Shown here: positions 28,071-41,418 of the stretch, piece by piece
Layout of the letters: the number at the start of each line of letters is the position of its first letter
How positions within the stretch are numbered: position 1 is the stretch's first letter
Source: Octopus bimaculoides
Lineage: Eukaryota
Length of the DNA stretch: 64,000 nt
Assembly: GCF_001194135.2 (NCBI RefSeq)
Contig: NC_068993.1
Coordinates: 39,872,240-39,936,239 of the forward strand
Reading direction: 5' to 3'
Position numbers and translations under genes: made by a program
The notes under the pieces: generated by a model
What the model was told of the DNA's origin: nothing
Database searches by the model: none
What the model saw: the letters and a program-made list of their open reading frames with translations, nothing else

Positions 28071-28823
28071 AGCATGTATTACTATGTGTATGATTGGATA
28101 AGTGTGTGTGGATGTGAGGATGTGAGAGCTAGTGAGTAGGACTGCGTGGGTTGCCGTATATGTGTATAAGCGTGAGCGAGCTTATGAGAATATAGTGTGC
28201 TCTGTGTGCGCGCATGCGTGCGTGTGTTTGTGTGTGTTTGTATGTGTGTATGCGTAGGATACACACATGTCAATTTACGTGTAATCATTAGCTGTAAGCG
28301 TGTGCTTGTTTTCTTTTCTTTTTGTTTTTTTTTTGTTTATTTTTACAAGAGTGCGTATGAATGAGTGTGCTCGTGTTTGAGTTTGAATTAGATAAGTCAT
28401 ACGTGAGATAAAATGTAATTAAAAGAGAACGAGAAGGGGGAGGATTTAGTTTAGAGTGTGCACAAGTGCATATATTTGTGCATGAGTTTAATGACCGAGG
28501 TGATGTAAATAGATAGAAGAGAGAAGGAAAAAAGTGATGGTGAGAGAAGTGTAAGTACAAATGAGATTGCGTATACGTGTGTGTGCGTGCGCGCAGAAAT
28601 GTGGAAATGGACCGATGGAGGGAAGGTGAATGAGAGACAGAGATAGAGACAGAGAGAGAGATCGAGAGAAAGAGTGAGTGAGAAAAGAAAGAAAGGGTGA
28701 GAGACAATTCAATAAGACAGAAGCAGAAAAAGTTAGTAGGTTGGCAGAATTTGATGTATGAGACAAAATATATTTCGATCGCAGATTGGTCCCGGCCATG
28801 TGCAACTTTATAGCAGCACCCGA

Positions 28824-28850
<27 letters not shown>

Positions 28851-28857
<7 letters not shown>

Positions 28858-29010
28858 ACTTGGGGATGGTCATATTGCCAGTTTAGCCAATAAAATCACG
28901 CGCACTGTATATTTGGTGTTAATTTGCTTCAGCTTTATATTACATTAATCTTAATCTTATTTCGGCCAGAGTTCTTTCGTCACGCTTCTGTGACCTCATC
29001 AGTGGTCCTC
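28851..29010 (-). mobile_element. Penelope-like/retrozyme-like element fragment carrying a hammerhead ribozyme
   Basis: Shares its terminal about 65 nt and the hammerhead with both arms of 33889-34299; its 3' end abuts (TA)n at 28825-28851. Confidence 0.7.
28966..29005 (-). ncRNA. Minimal type-I hammerhead ribozyme motif
   Basis: Minus strand: CCA-CUGAUGA-G-GUCAC(AGAAGC)GUGAC-GAAA-GAAC-UC-UGG. Intact core, 5-bp stem II, stem III reduced to A-U/G-C, stem I CCA/UGG. Predicted cleavage between 28969 and 28968. Confidence 0.8.
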
Positions 29011-29249
29011 TGTTTCCTTCCTTCTTATGTGTGTCTCACCTTCCTAACTATCAGCCATTTTGTATTTTGTATTCCTATTGTATGTGTCTACGCATGCGTG
29101 TCCTTCAATGTGTCTGTGTCTTTTGTAAGTGCATGTGTGTATGGGGAGTGTCTGTATCACCTATATACTCTGTTAATACGTGAGATATATATATCATCTC
29201 AAAATAAGCAACAAGGGTATCCCTGAGGTAATGCAGTACGATCGTACAC

Positions 29250-29470
29250 TTCCACCACAACTTTTTCTCACTCTTACATCCTGTTTCTGTTGTGCCTGTA
29301 TTTCAAAGGGCCAGCCTTGTCAGACTGTGTCACGCTGAATATCCCCGAGAACTACGTTAAAGGTACACGTGTCTGTAGAGTGCTCAGCCACTTGCACGTT
29401 AATTTCACGAGCAGGCTGTTCCGTTGATCGGATCAACTGGAACCCTCGACGTCGTAAGCGACGGATTGCC
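29250..29470 (+). mobile_element. SINE family A, 5'-truncated
   Basis: Reverse complement of the 19840-20060 region (ORFs 19748..19990 and 29320..29529 share RRLRRRGFQLIRSTEQPAREINVQVAEHSTDTC). Confidence 0.9.
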
Positions 29471-30311
29471 ATGAATAGGTTGCACTTCAGAGAAGATTCC
29501 ATTTTAGAAAGATCAGTATTTAGCACCATGATTGATCTTTAGAATGCAAAGTATGAATAATCACAAAATCGGTGCCCTTAGAAGGTACATCGTTTATGTA
29601 TGCAAACATTAAGACTTGAAGAGCACTGCAGATACTCATTTAAGAATAGAAAATTTCATAGTTATATCTTTAGACATAGATACCGATAAATCCTGCTGTT
29701 TTACAAGTGTCTTAAATTTTGATAAAGAAAATATGAATATATTCAATTTTACACGTTAAAAGACGCAAATGAAACATGTTCTGTGCATAACAATTGAATA
29801 TCTGATGGATTTGCTAAAGCATTTGTTGCTTATGGTGCATCTTTAGTGGGAAGAAGGGCATAACCAATCAAATTTGCACATGCTAACAGCAAATCATATA
29901 TATGAAGGGAATACGAATATTCTTGCTTATATATTGTCACGCTGTTATACCACTGCAGTCGTTTGTTGTATTGGCAGTGTGAAATACAGAAAGAACGATT
30001 CACAAAACTTCAGCATTTACACAAATTACTGTACGCATTGCGTATATATTTGTAAATACATACGTTCACTCTATCTCTCTCTGTCTCTGTCTTTCTCTCT
30101 CTCTCACTCTCTCTATATATATACATCTAACCCTGTATATACACATATGTCTAGAGAGAGAGGGAGAGGGAGAGGGTGAGGTAAATAGATAGATAAATGT
30201 ATACATACTTACATATATATGAATGTAGTTGTGCGCGTGTGTGTGTGTGTATGTATGTGTGTTTATGTGTATGTGTGTGTGTTTGTGTATGTGTGTGTGT
30301 GTGTGTATGTG

Positions 30312-30346
<35 letters not shown>

Positions 30347-30347
30347 C

Positions 30348-30390
<43 letters not shown>

Positions 30391-33300
30391 GCGCACGCGT
30401 TTGTGTTTGTGTGTGTGTGTAGTTTGTATTTGATCCGATACGGGAGTGAAATTATCTCCAAATAGAAATATGTGGTTTTCTTCGATTGACATTTAAGTGT
30501 TTACATTTGAATATTTTAACTAGTTAACCGGAAAATTAATAGATTCTGACCCCGAAGATAGAAATAAAATGTATGATTTTGCCGAGAAAATTTAAAATAC
30601 CAAGCGAACCATTTAGAAAATTTAAACTGAGATTCTTTACCAAAACATCAGAATAAGAAAACAGTAAAGTAAGAAGTAAATATGAAAAAAAGAAAGCATT
30701 TGGATATGCAAAGCAATTAGCGATGGCAAACTGATAGGCATTGATTTCAGGGTGGCCATTTCTTTTAATAGTTTTATGTCATCTACTTTCTTTAACTGAG
30801 CTATGACCCCCCCCGCCCACACACACACACACATATTCATACATATATATATATGCATAGACATATATATATATGTACACATGTATATGTATGTACATAT
30901 ATGTATATACATATAAATATACAATATACATATCTATATACATATATATACACATACATATCTATACATATATAGAATATATCAATGTATATATTATTAT
31001 TTTATATATTTATTATATACATGGCATATATATATATATATANNNNNNNNNNNNNNNNNNNNNNNNNNNNNNNNNNNNNNNNNNNNNNNNNNNNNNNNNN
31101 NNNNNNNNNNNNNNNNNNNNNNNNNNNNNNNNNNNNNNNNNNNNNNNNNNNNNNNNNNNNNNNNNNNNNNNNNNNNNNNNNNNNNNNNNNNNNNNNNNNN
31201 NNNNNNNNNNNNNNNNNNNNNNNNNNNNNNNNNNNNNNNNNNNNNNNNNNNNNNNNNNNNNNNNNNNNNNNNNNNNNNNNNNNNNNNNATACATATAGAC
31301 ATTCATTTATACAAACATGTTTAACCGACAAGAATACACCAGCGGGACAAAGAATGCTTGAGAAGAACTAAATTAACAAATGCATTTGAAAAGAACTGAA
31401 TATGCCCAGGTCCATTAAGCTAAGATAATCGGTCTTTAATTTTAAAAGCTGCTTACTGTGTCAAGTAATCACAAACTGTTGATGTTAAACTACTCTTCGT
31501 TCATTTATTTCTTTTTTTCTTTTTTTTTCTTTTTATAACTGTAAAATTTTCTAAAAACGCTTGTATGGGTCTCGTGAAACATAAAATTTTCTAATCTCTC
31601 ACCCTGCAAACCCTCTCCCTCTTTCCTTCAATTTCTGATTATTACTATATTTCTTTTACAAACACATACGCTAACAAGCACTATGATTATAACTTCATAA
31701 CAGCGGTTGATATAATTTCTCTTTCTTTTATTAATGCAACCATTGAAATGTGTTGAACAACGGCACCTTAGGTGTCCGATCCATAGACAAATATCGTCTG
31801 TGACACCCATGTGTTTGAATCTTTACACAGTATTGCTGTGTTAACGAAACTGCTAATTTTCTCCTAAAAGCCTGTTTGTTCAATGGTTTATTTATGACAC
31901 AGAAGAAAGAAACAAAGGACCTGTATAATGGTTGTACATTGCAATGAGAAAATATTTAAAAACAAAACTATGTTAAAAGTCACAAAAAATATACATTATT
32001 ATCATAGTTTCCGTTGTGTCATCTAAAATGCATCTTAAGCGCCATATCACGCTGGATTTCTCATCCAGTTATTATGAATCAGACATATTCTTCTTAATGA
32101 GTATTCCGACTCATTTTTATTATGATACATTCAAACTAACTGAGATTGTTGTTGCGTACGTCCTTGTTGTCGTCGCAGTTGTAGTTGAACCCCAGGCCAC
32201 CCCTGATAAAGCTGACTTTTGATCAAAACCATCCTAACGGTAATCGTGACCACTTCATTCAGACGTATTGTTTCGGATTACACTATCTGAATGCGTTCTT
32301 CATTTTCTCAGACAGTAAGGTGTTATTTGATGAACGAACAACAGTGTCTCAACTATAACAACTGTGACATTCAAGCTTTCAGAATTTACAGCACTGTGGC
32401 ACCGTTTTATCAGAAGAAACATAATATATATCAAGGATGATATTTCTTTTTAAAATACACACTGAAGTAATATAATGTGCTTAAATTGCGGTTTTGTGGA
32501 CATAAACTGGTGGAATCTCATCTTTGAAATCATTGAATTCTAATTCTGCTTAACTGTACAATACTATAAGTGTCCCCATTGAAAAAAAAGAAGGGAAGAA
32601 AGAGAGAGGGGATGGGGTGAAATACATACCACAACCATAAATTTCAACCAAAAGTCAAAATAACTGACCTACAATTGACAGTAAGTGATGACAACCTGAA
32701 AAATTGGCGAGAAAAAAGCGAAAAGAAAATTAAAATCCTTGTATCTTATATGTAAACTGGCTAGCAGTCTATTCTCAAACCAGTTGCAGTGGAATTGCAT
32801 TATGGTTCAGTGACGAAAGTTTTGATTTCTCGTAATAAATTATTAAGTGAAGTTAGCAGTTTCTGCTTGTTTTTTTAATGAGTTTGCGCTGTATTTTCTT
32901 AATATTTCTGTTAACTAAATTTATTTACTCACAATTCAAGGGACGTAGAAAAATGCATCGGAGCCAATATTTTATTTCGAGTTCAACATGTACATTCGTA
33001 ATTTGTTTCAGTAGCTAATCTGCAGAATCCAAGATCAGCTACAAACCACTTCGTGTTCCTGTACCTTTCAATCCATCACCGTATGATCAAATATACTGAA
33101 GCAGCTGTCTTTCAGTCAGATACAAACATAGAATATATGTTCTACAGTTTTTAAATCAATAGTGTTCAATTTTCATAAAATTTGCCTGCTAATCCTAACA
33201 AGTCGAGCAAGTACATATAATACATCTTATCACGTTGACACATTTTAAAAATAATTTCTTCTCTATCTACATTCATTTCTCCATTGATATCATTCTCAAA

Positions 33301-33995
33301 TAGTATTTAGAAAAATAATTGAAGATCTTCAGCAGTGATATTTTTGTCTCTAATCTATATTTAATAAACGCATGAAAAAATATTTTTCAGAAGATAAGCA
33401 CAAAGGTGATAGAAAATGAAGTTTTATAACTGCTAGGTTAAATTAAAGATGACAATAACTATCGTTTTATAATATTTACTTCTATGAGATTTCTTTTCTT
33501 TATAATTCTTAATTATTCTGTGCTTGTTAAACTGTTTAGTTTCATTTGAATCTTATATGTGATTATTAAAGTTTTATCAAAATTCTGCAGTGAAAAATAT
33601 AAAAAGCATAGAACTGCCAGCTTCCATTATTTTGTTCCATGAGAGCATTTAAATTTGAAAAATTTGTTTTAAAATAGCATTTTTATAGTTGAAAGATTTC
33701 TTAACATCAATTACACTCCAACAATATTTTTTAAAATAGTATTGTTTATATCAAACATACATAAAAGGGGGATGAATTTGATAAAATGATTGAATATTGG
33801 AAGGAAAATATTGCATATCTATATGATATTGCATATCTTTTTATGAAGTTGTGTTTTTATGAATTTGTGAAGACGTGTGTTGAAACAGATATTGTTGTAT
33901 TTCGGGACGGTCATTTCTTTTTGCCGAATAAACACACGCACTATATATTCGTTCTTCACTCGTTTATTACTGCTCTTATTCTGACTCATGTCCAT

Positions 33996-34040
33996 TGTCC
34001 AGAAATCTTTCGTCACATATCTGTGACCTCCTCAGCGACA
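33996..34040 (-). ncRNA. Minimal hammerhead motif (left arm)
   Basis: Minus: UGUCG-CUGAGGA-G-GUCACA(GAUA)UGUGAC-GAAA-GAUU-UC-UGGACA. Core intact, 6-bp stem II, stem I with a wobble and a bulge. Confidence 0.7.
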
Positions 34041-34143
34041 CTTTCCGTCTTCGAGTGTAATCTTACGCTGCTTATTCCTTTCTGAGAATGGAATAAGCAG
34101 AAAATGGGATAAGCGGAGCAAGAGCACACACAAAGACGGAAAG

Positions 34144-34188
34144 TATCGCCGAAGAGGTCACAGATGTGTGACGAAAGATTTCCGGACA
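34144..34188 (+). ncRNA. Minimal hammerhead motif (right arm, U4C variant)
   Basis: UAUCG-CCGAAGA-G-GUCACA(GAUG)UGUGAC-GAAA-GAUU-UC-CGGACA. 6-bp stem II; the core has C at position 4; stem I is weak. Confidence 0.6.
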
Positions 34189-34864
34189 ATGGACATCAGT
34201 TAGAATAAGAACAGTAATAAACGAGTGAAGAACGAATATACAGTGCTTGTGTTTATTTAGTAAAACAACAAAAATGACAATCCCGAAATATAACCATATT
34301 CATATCACTATCAGTTAAAAAACATCAGTATTTATAATCTTTTCAAAACTACCGCTTAAACTAGGCGTCCATTTTAGAGCCAAAAATTATGTAAAATTTG
34401 AAGAGGTTTGTTCCTACACCAGGAAGACGTGTCTGTGCGTTCCATTATTGAATAGTGCTTGTATATGCAAATCTAAAACCTGACTCAAAAGAAAAGAAAA
34501 GAAACGGATTAGTTTACGACAGTTGACATTTCTAAGAAGATTATCAGGTATTTTGTTAGTTCGGTATTTGAATGTTTCTAAAGCATCTCCTACAGACACA
34601 GACATTGTTTTCGACTTCATTTAAAAAAAAAAAGTCTGCTTGAATGATGTGAAAACTATCTTGCTTCACACCCCAGCCAGTTGTTGATCAAACGTAAAAG
34701 TTCTATAGTGATCTTTCTATATAACATTCGCAGCGGGTTATATATCTACGGTTTCTATTACAGTTAGCTCCTACTCACAAATCTTCCCTAATGGTGATCT
34801 GCAGTGTATGCATGTGTGAAGAATGCGTATTGAATATTATTTTACACTAATGAATAAGGGGTAG

Positions 34865-35185
34865 AGGGTAAAGACTCCTGCCCCCGCAGTCATGAATGAC
34901 GATGCGATTGCACCCAGGAAGTTCCCCTCCTAGACAAAAATGCGGGCAAAGTTATTTATGGAAGACCAGCCCTCGTCCGTGCATACCAGCCTCACCTTTC
35001 CACGCCACTGATGTTATCCAAAAGAAAGGCAAAGGCCGATACAGCTTGACACCAGTGACGTCGCAACACATTTCCACAGCTGAATGAAATGGTACTATGT
35101 GAAATATATTGTTTTGCTCAAAAACACAACACACAGCACGGCACGGGAATCGAACTCACTATTTTATGACTGAGCTCAATGCTCG
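34865..35185 (-). mobile_element. CORE-like tRNA SINE (family E)
   Basis: ggcaaaggccgatacagcttgacaccagtgacgtcgcaac...ttttgctcaaaaacacaac...gggaatcgaactcac (B-box on the minus strand). Confidence 0.8.
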
Positions 35186-35669
35186 AAAATAAAGCGGATA
35201 AAATATTATATTTATTGATAAAGTACACTAGATGCTGTCCCCAACGAACCACTAAATTCTTCCTTTTCTCATTTGTTTCCGCCCTTCCTACTTTGCCTCA
35301 TACCCACTAATCACATTTGTATTATATTTCTGAATTTCTTATCCCAAAAGCATGGCTGTAGTCAAATGACTGAAACAAGTAGAAGATAAAAGATACACAT
35401 CTAAGTCACTTTGTGGCTACACTTTTTCTAAAGACATCAATCTGTAGACGTGCAACCAAACTCAACAATTGTAGTCTGAGATAACCTGCCAACAATATGG
35501 TCGCTACTATTCCATACCTCAAGCACTAACCGTGCAGGATTTGCCTTCAGAAGTCCGTTAAATCGCTTCTAGTATACTGAATTAATTGTATTTCTCTCCT
35601 TTATTATATGCTTATTGATTTACATATTTATTACAATAGTGAATATAATTCGTTCAATAGTGTTTTCCT

Positions 35670-35890
35670 TACAAACCGGCGTGCTGGCAGAAACGTTAGC
35701 ACGTCGGCCGAAATGCTTAGCGATATTTCGTCTGTCCACAATCTGAGTTCAAAATCTTCCGAGGTCGACATCGCCTTTCATCCTTTTGGAGTCGATAAAT
35801 TGAGTACCAGTTGTGTTCTAAGGTTGATCTGATCGACTGGCCTCTCCCCAAAAATTTCGGATTCTTATGCCTTGAGTAATAAGAATATTG
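35670..35890 (+). mobile_element. SINE family D
   Basis: gtgctggcagaaacgttagcacgtcggccgaaatgcttagc...ccgaggtcgacatcgcctttcatcc...cccaaaaatttcgg. Confidence 0.88.
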
Positions 35891-37277
35891 TTTTCCTTAC
35901 AGATTTCTGTTTCATCACAAAATGTGCATGATTCTTGATATTTAAAGTTTTAATTCCTTTTCTTATAGAACGTCTAGAAATATCTTTAGTGTACACTGAG
36001 AATGTTTTGCCGAACTATTTTGAACACAAACTATGTCCGATATCGAAAGCATGTCATTACGTCACGGTTGTGCTTTTTAACAGTCAGTAATGTCCACGCA
36101 TTGACGTCCTACTTTCTTATCACTATTACCTTATATATTTAACTCAAATAAACACACATGCACAGTCTTTCTTTAGTATTTAAGTTCTTTCTAATTTTAG
36201 GTTAGTATCGAGTGTTCAATGGCAGAGTACAGACTTGACTGTAGAGGCCCTTGTAAACATTGTGTTTAAATTTTCAAATACTCAGCTATCAAAGAGAAAT
36301 CTTTTCTCTCTAATTCAACTGAAAGTGTTTATTTTCTTTATTACTGTATATCATTCGTGTTCCTAGATTCAAGTAGATTCTCGTACAATGTTTCCTTTCG
36401 TTCCTTGAAAAATATTTTCATTCCTAGCTAAGAATACATAGCGTATAGAATTACAGAGATTTTACATCCGTATTATTCCCTCTGTGATGTAATATCTTAG
36501 TTTATATTTCTTACATTTATAGTCACTTATCTTGGATTTATTCTAGAAATGCTGAAACCTAACCAACATTGTTTTTGAAGCCTTCAAATGCTCAGCTCAA
36601 CTAACAAAATGCCTGACAAGCTCCATATCTGTTTAGAAATCTTAACTACTACAAAATAATCCTTGTTTTTCTTTCTACTACACCGGCTTTAAAACTGCAT
36701 TCAATTGATCAACACATAAAGGACGAGATATTCCCGAAGGCAAGGAATAAAAACAACAACAACAACCGCAGCAACAACAAATGCAAAAACAACGACGATG
36801 AAGACAACAACAATGCTGATGAGGAAGACGACGACGGGGGGTGACAAAAACAGCACACACAGAAACAGCAACAACAAAAACAACTAAAATGAGTCAAAGA
36901 TATGTTTCTTTGAATAATGTCCAAAGTAAAACAGATAACACACACAGTGTTCTTTGAATGGTGCTAAATAAGAAGAATGGTATAAAGGTAAGAAACTTAG
37001 TTCAATTCTACATAGCAAAATAGCTAGACTAGGTTCATGCATAATTATTTTTAAAAAAATATTTACAAGTAATAAGTTAATTATTACTAATTGTAAGTAT
37101 TATCATTTATTGTAATTGAAGGACCAAAATATATTTGAATATCTTTAAAAATATATTCTTTTAAATATAATAAATTTTGGAGGGAAATTGTTACTATTTT
37201 ATAAGGAAGAAGTGTGAAAAGTCTTTAAGATTACATTGACACAGACAGGCAGATGTACACATGCACACAATACATAC

Positions 37278-37324
<47 letters not shown>

Positions 37325-38086
37325 NNNNNNNNNNNNNNNNNNNNNNNNNNNNNNNNNNNNNNNNNNNNNNNNNNNNNNNNNNNNNNNNNNNNNNNNNNNN
37401 NNNNNNNNNNNNNNNNNNNNNNNNNNNNNNNNNNNNNNNNNNNNNNNNNNNNNNNNNNNNNNNNNNNNNNNNNNNNNNNNNNNNNNNNNNNNNNNNNNNN
37501 NNNNNNNNNNNNNNNNNNNNNNNNNNNNNNNNNNNNNNNNNNNNNNNNNNNNNNNNNNNNNNNNNNNNNNNNNNNNNNNNNNNNNNNNNNNNNNNNNNNN
37601 NNNNNNNNNNNNNNNNNNNNNNNNNNNNNNNNNNNNNNNNNNNNNNNNNNNNNNNNNNNNNNNNNNNNNNNNNNNNNNNNNNNNNNNNNNNNNNNNNNNN
37701 NNNNNNNNNNNNNNNNNNNNNNNNNNNNNNNNNNNNNNNNNNNNNNNNNNNNNNNNNNNNNNNNNNNNNNNNNNNNNNNNNNNNNNNNNNNNNNNNNNNN
37801 NNNNNNNNNNNNNNNNNNNNNNNNNNNNNNNNNNNNNNNNNNNNNNNNNNNNNNNNNNNNNNNNNNNNNNNNNNNNNNNNNNNNNNNNNNNNNNNNNNNN
37901 NNNNNNNNNNNNNNNNNNNNNNNNNNNNNNNNNNNNNNNNNNNNNNNNNNNNNNNNNNNNNNNNNNNNNNNNNNNNNNNNNNNNNNNNNNNNNNNNNNNN
38001 NNNNNNNNNNNNNNNNNNNNNNNNNNNNNNNNNNNNNNNNNNNNNNNNNNNNNNNNNNNNNNNNNNNNNNNNNNNNNNNNNNNNNN

Positions 38087-38133
<47 letters not shown>

Positions 38134-38629
38134 ATCCAGTATATGCAGCATAAACAGTATTAGATTAAAATAACCAACTGTGTATCATACTTAAGGCAAA
38201 TTCATTCTGAAAAAGTCAAATTAACAGCAGTATTCATCCAGCAATTATATATCCTCTTACTGACATGCTGTGTTCAAAAACATGAATACCTCACTAGCAG
38301 GCGAAGATCGTCCAGCAGTCGCTGTGAGAATACTTGATGCGCGTTCGTGTCTCGTCGGGCTTTGTGAGTTTTAAATACACACCACTACCAACCGAAGGCT
38401 AAGTCAAAATCTAACGCAGTTGATATAGGAAGACCAAAGAAATCACTGGTGTTGCACTAAACCGCGTGGCTGAATATAATTGCATTACAGTATATGCAAA
38501 CAAAACCAGTGGCTTTCAATCACGTACACATATACAAATATAGATGCGCTTACTGTTAACTGCTGGTGAAAGAGACAGAGAGAAACTGATATATTTTATT
38601 TTGGTAGGCACTCCCATGCTATTCTTTTG

Positions 38630-38820
38630 AAAACTGCAGAATCATTACCAGCATTTCGTCTATTTTTACGATCTGAGTTCAAATTCCGCCGACGTCATCT
38701 TTGCCTTTCGTCCTACCGAGGCCGAGAAAACAAATACCTGTGAGCACTGGAGTCGATGCATTCAACTCAGCCCCTTCCCAATCTTACTGGCTTTGTGCCA
38801 AAATGTGAAACCATTATTTT
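38630..38820 (+). mobile_element. SINE family D, degenerate
   Basis: gcagaatcatta...gagttcaaattccgccgacgtcatctttgcctttc...ctggctttgtgccaaaatgtgaaacc. Confidence 0.75.
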
Positions 38821-39760
38821 TTATTGTTGTTCTTGCTGTTTTATTGTTGATATTATTATTATTATTATTATTATTATTAGTAGTAGTAGTAGTAGTAGTA
38901 GTAATAGTAGTTGTTGTTGTTGTTGTTGTAGTAGTAGTGCTAAATCAGTGCTAAAGGCGTTGTAAGCTAGCGCCATCAGACAATCAGTCAGCCAGCCAGC
39001 CAGCCAGCCAGGTGGCCAGCCGGTTGTTGGCGAAAGTGCATTCAGCTTCTAACAACAAAGATGGCATTTAAAAGACAACAAAAACGAAAGGCTTCTCTGA
39101 AACAATAAAAATGACCGTCGAAATATACGTTAATTGTTAGATGTTTAGTTTTATAATATATCATTACGAGTGAAGACAATAAAGCTGATAGAGTATGCTT
39201 TGAGAGTTTCCAAATGACATCTGAACACCGTGATTATTACAACAAGCAAGAGAGTCCAGTGTAAAGTGACCGCCAGCTCTCTCTCCCCATACTTTAATGA
39301 ACGCATAAAAGCCGCAAACAATAAAACCAGATTTCGAATTAATAGGTATGTGGACCGAAGTTTGGTTCGAAACAAACGAACAGATCGTTTCAAAGAGATT
39401 TTTCCGTTGGTAGACTTGTCTTTCATGTTGCCATGATGGCGACGTATTGTGTAGTGTAATTTTTGCTTTGTTTTGTTTTGTTTTGTTTTGTTGTTTTTTG
39501 GTCGGCCATTATAATTGTTGATTTTATAACTGACAGGTATTGTTGTTTGAAAATGCGCTTTTAACTGTAATGAGATACGGCGTTTTTGAGTGAGAATACC
39601 ACAATTACACACTCACAATTACACACTCACAATTACACAATTACACACTCACACGCACGCAAACATACATGTACGTATATGGAATATATATATATATATA
39701 TATGTATACATACATACATATATANNNNNNNNNNNNNNNNNNNNNNNNNNNNNNNNNNNN

Positions 39761-39791
<31 letters not shown>

Positions 39792-39932
39792 CATATTTAT
39801 ATATATACTTATTATAATGTATATTTACACGCACACACATGTACATACTTATACACACAATTATATACATCACACATATAAACAAGCAAACATATAAATG
39901 CGTGTTTGCATACACACACACATATATGTATG

Positions 39933-39972
<40 letters not shown>

Positions 39973-40142
39973 CTTAAGTGTATAAACACATATTTCTTTG
40001 TGTCTGCGAAGGTATGTGCGGGTGCAATGCATGCACACACATACACACACATACACACTCACACACAATCTCTCTCGCTCTCTCTTTCTCTTTCTCTCTT
40101 TCTTTCTTGACTGGCTGATTGGTTGTACTTATTCAAATGTCC

Positions 40143-40365
40143 TAAAGCCGCGAGCTGGCAGAATCATTATCGCACCGGACAAAATACTTGTCGGCATTTT
40201 GTTTGTCTCTAGGTTCTAAGTTCGTACTCTGCCGAAGTCGAATTCGCCTTTCAGCCTTTTGAGATCCATTAAATAAGTACCAGTTCAACACTGGTATCAA
40301 TATAGTCAACTAGATCCCTACCCCCACCAAAAAATTACAGGCAAGGTACCTATGGTAGAAAGGGT
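40143..40365 (+). mobile_element. SINE family D
   Basis: gcgagctggcagaatcattatcgcaccggac...gccgaagtcgaattcgcctttcagcc...aagtaccagtt. Confidence 0.8.
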
Positions 40366-40644
40366 TTTTCAAATGTCCGACATTGTGATACTTCGTCATG
40401 CTGACCGAACTGCAAAGTACATCATCGTTATCTGTGGAATACTCAGTCATGTGCAAATTAATTCCATGTGGATGAATTCATTTGGTTGGATATCTGAAGA
40501 TCATTGTTGAGACCGATGGAGACTAGCCGTGCATGTATGTATGCATGCATGTATGTATGTACTTATGTATACATGAGCGCATGTATGTATGTACTTATGT
40601 ATGCATGAGAACATGTATGTATGTATATATTTATGCAGGTATAT

Positions 40645-41325
40645 TTCTTCTGTTTTTCACTATTTGAACTCCTCCTCTGAGAAAGGAGCTCACTTCTAAC
40701 AAAGGTTGAAAGCTCCTTCGTTGGAATGTATATATAGCAATACAATGTCACATTTTGAAGGTGAGAAAAGTCTTGCATATTTTAATTGTTCCACCTGCAG
40801 TATTTGTACTGTGTGAATTAGCTAGTTGGTTTCTTTTTCTGTAAACCCAAGGAGATTGTTAATTCTGTACTTGCACACAAAACCAAGTGCACCAATTATT
40901 ATTGATATAAAGGTGAATCTATAACCTGGATATAGAAACTGAAAGTCTCGAAGAAGTTGTTCGTCGTAGTTATTTTCTATCTTGTTGGCTTTTGAGATAT
41001 TCACATCAGCAGGGCAGCTTCACCATTTACTTTTCTTCATTCAATATACGGATTCGATTACAAGAGGATTCATTATATTTATTCCAGAAAAGTATGTTTG
41101 TCGAATTGCATTGTACATTGTTTTAGCGACAAAATCGTGTCACATAGGGAGGTAGTACCCTAATGACACTTTTGGGCTGCTACAATTGACATGTGTGACG
41201 TCTTCCACAGAAATATGACATAATCATTTTTTGGTTGCCTCTTCGGGATCCAATGGCTTCCCTGTTTTCTTCTTTACTAGGTATTTCGTATCAACGTTCT
41301 TGTCTTGGATTGCAAATGTACAGCC
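40645..41325 (-). mobile_element. R4/Dong-like (REL endonuclease) LINE 3' fragment
   Basis: Minus translation GCTFAIQDKNVDTKYLV...CHISVEDVTHV..S.PKVSLGYYLPM*HDFVAKTMYNAIR...LLRDFQFLYPGYRFTFISIIIGALG...GTIKICKTFLTF: zinc-knuckle remnant, RHD motif and REL C-terminus. It may continue to about 41830 beyond the (CT)n tract. Confidence 0.85.
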
Positions 41326-41376
41326 TTCTATAACTTTCTCTTTCTATCTCTCTCTCCCTCTCTCTCTCCTTCTCTA

Positions 41377-41418
<42 letters not shown>

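Larger units (their letters stand above)
33889..34299. mobile_element. Head-to-head inverted pair of hammerhead-bearing Penelope-like/retrozyme-like units
   Basis: Arms about 33889-34078 and 34090-34299 are reverse complements (roughly 80-85% by eye, with indels); the centre has a perfect ctgcttattcc/ggaataagcag pair. Confidence 0.8.

Noticed and set aside
38335-38360. Minus-strand CCGACGAG-ACAC-GAA-CGCG
   Set aside because: Two core defects and essentially no stems.
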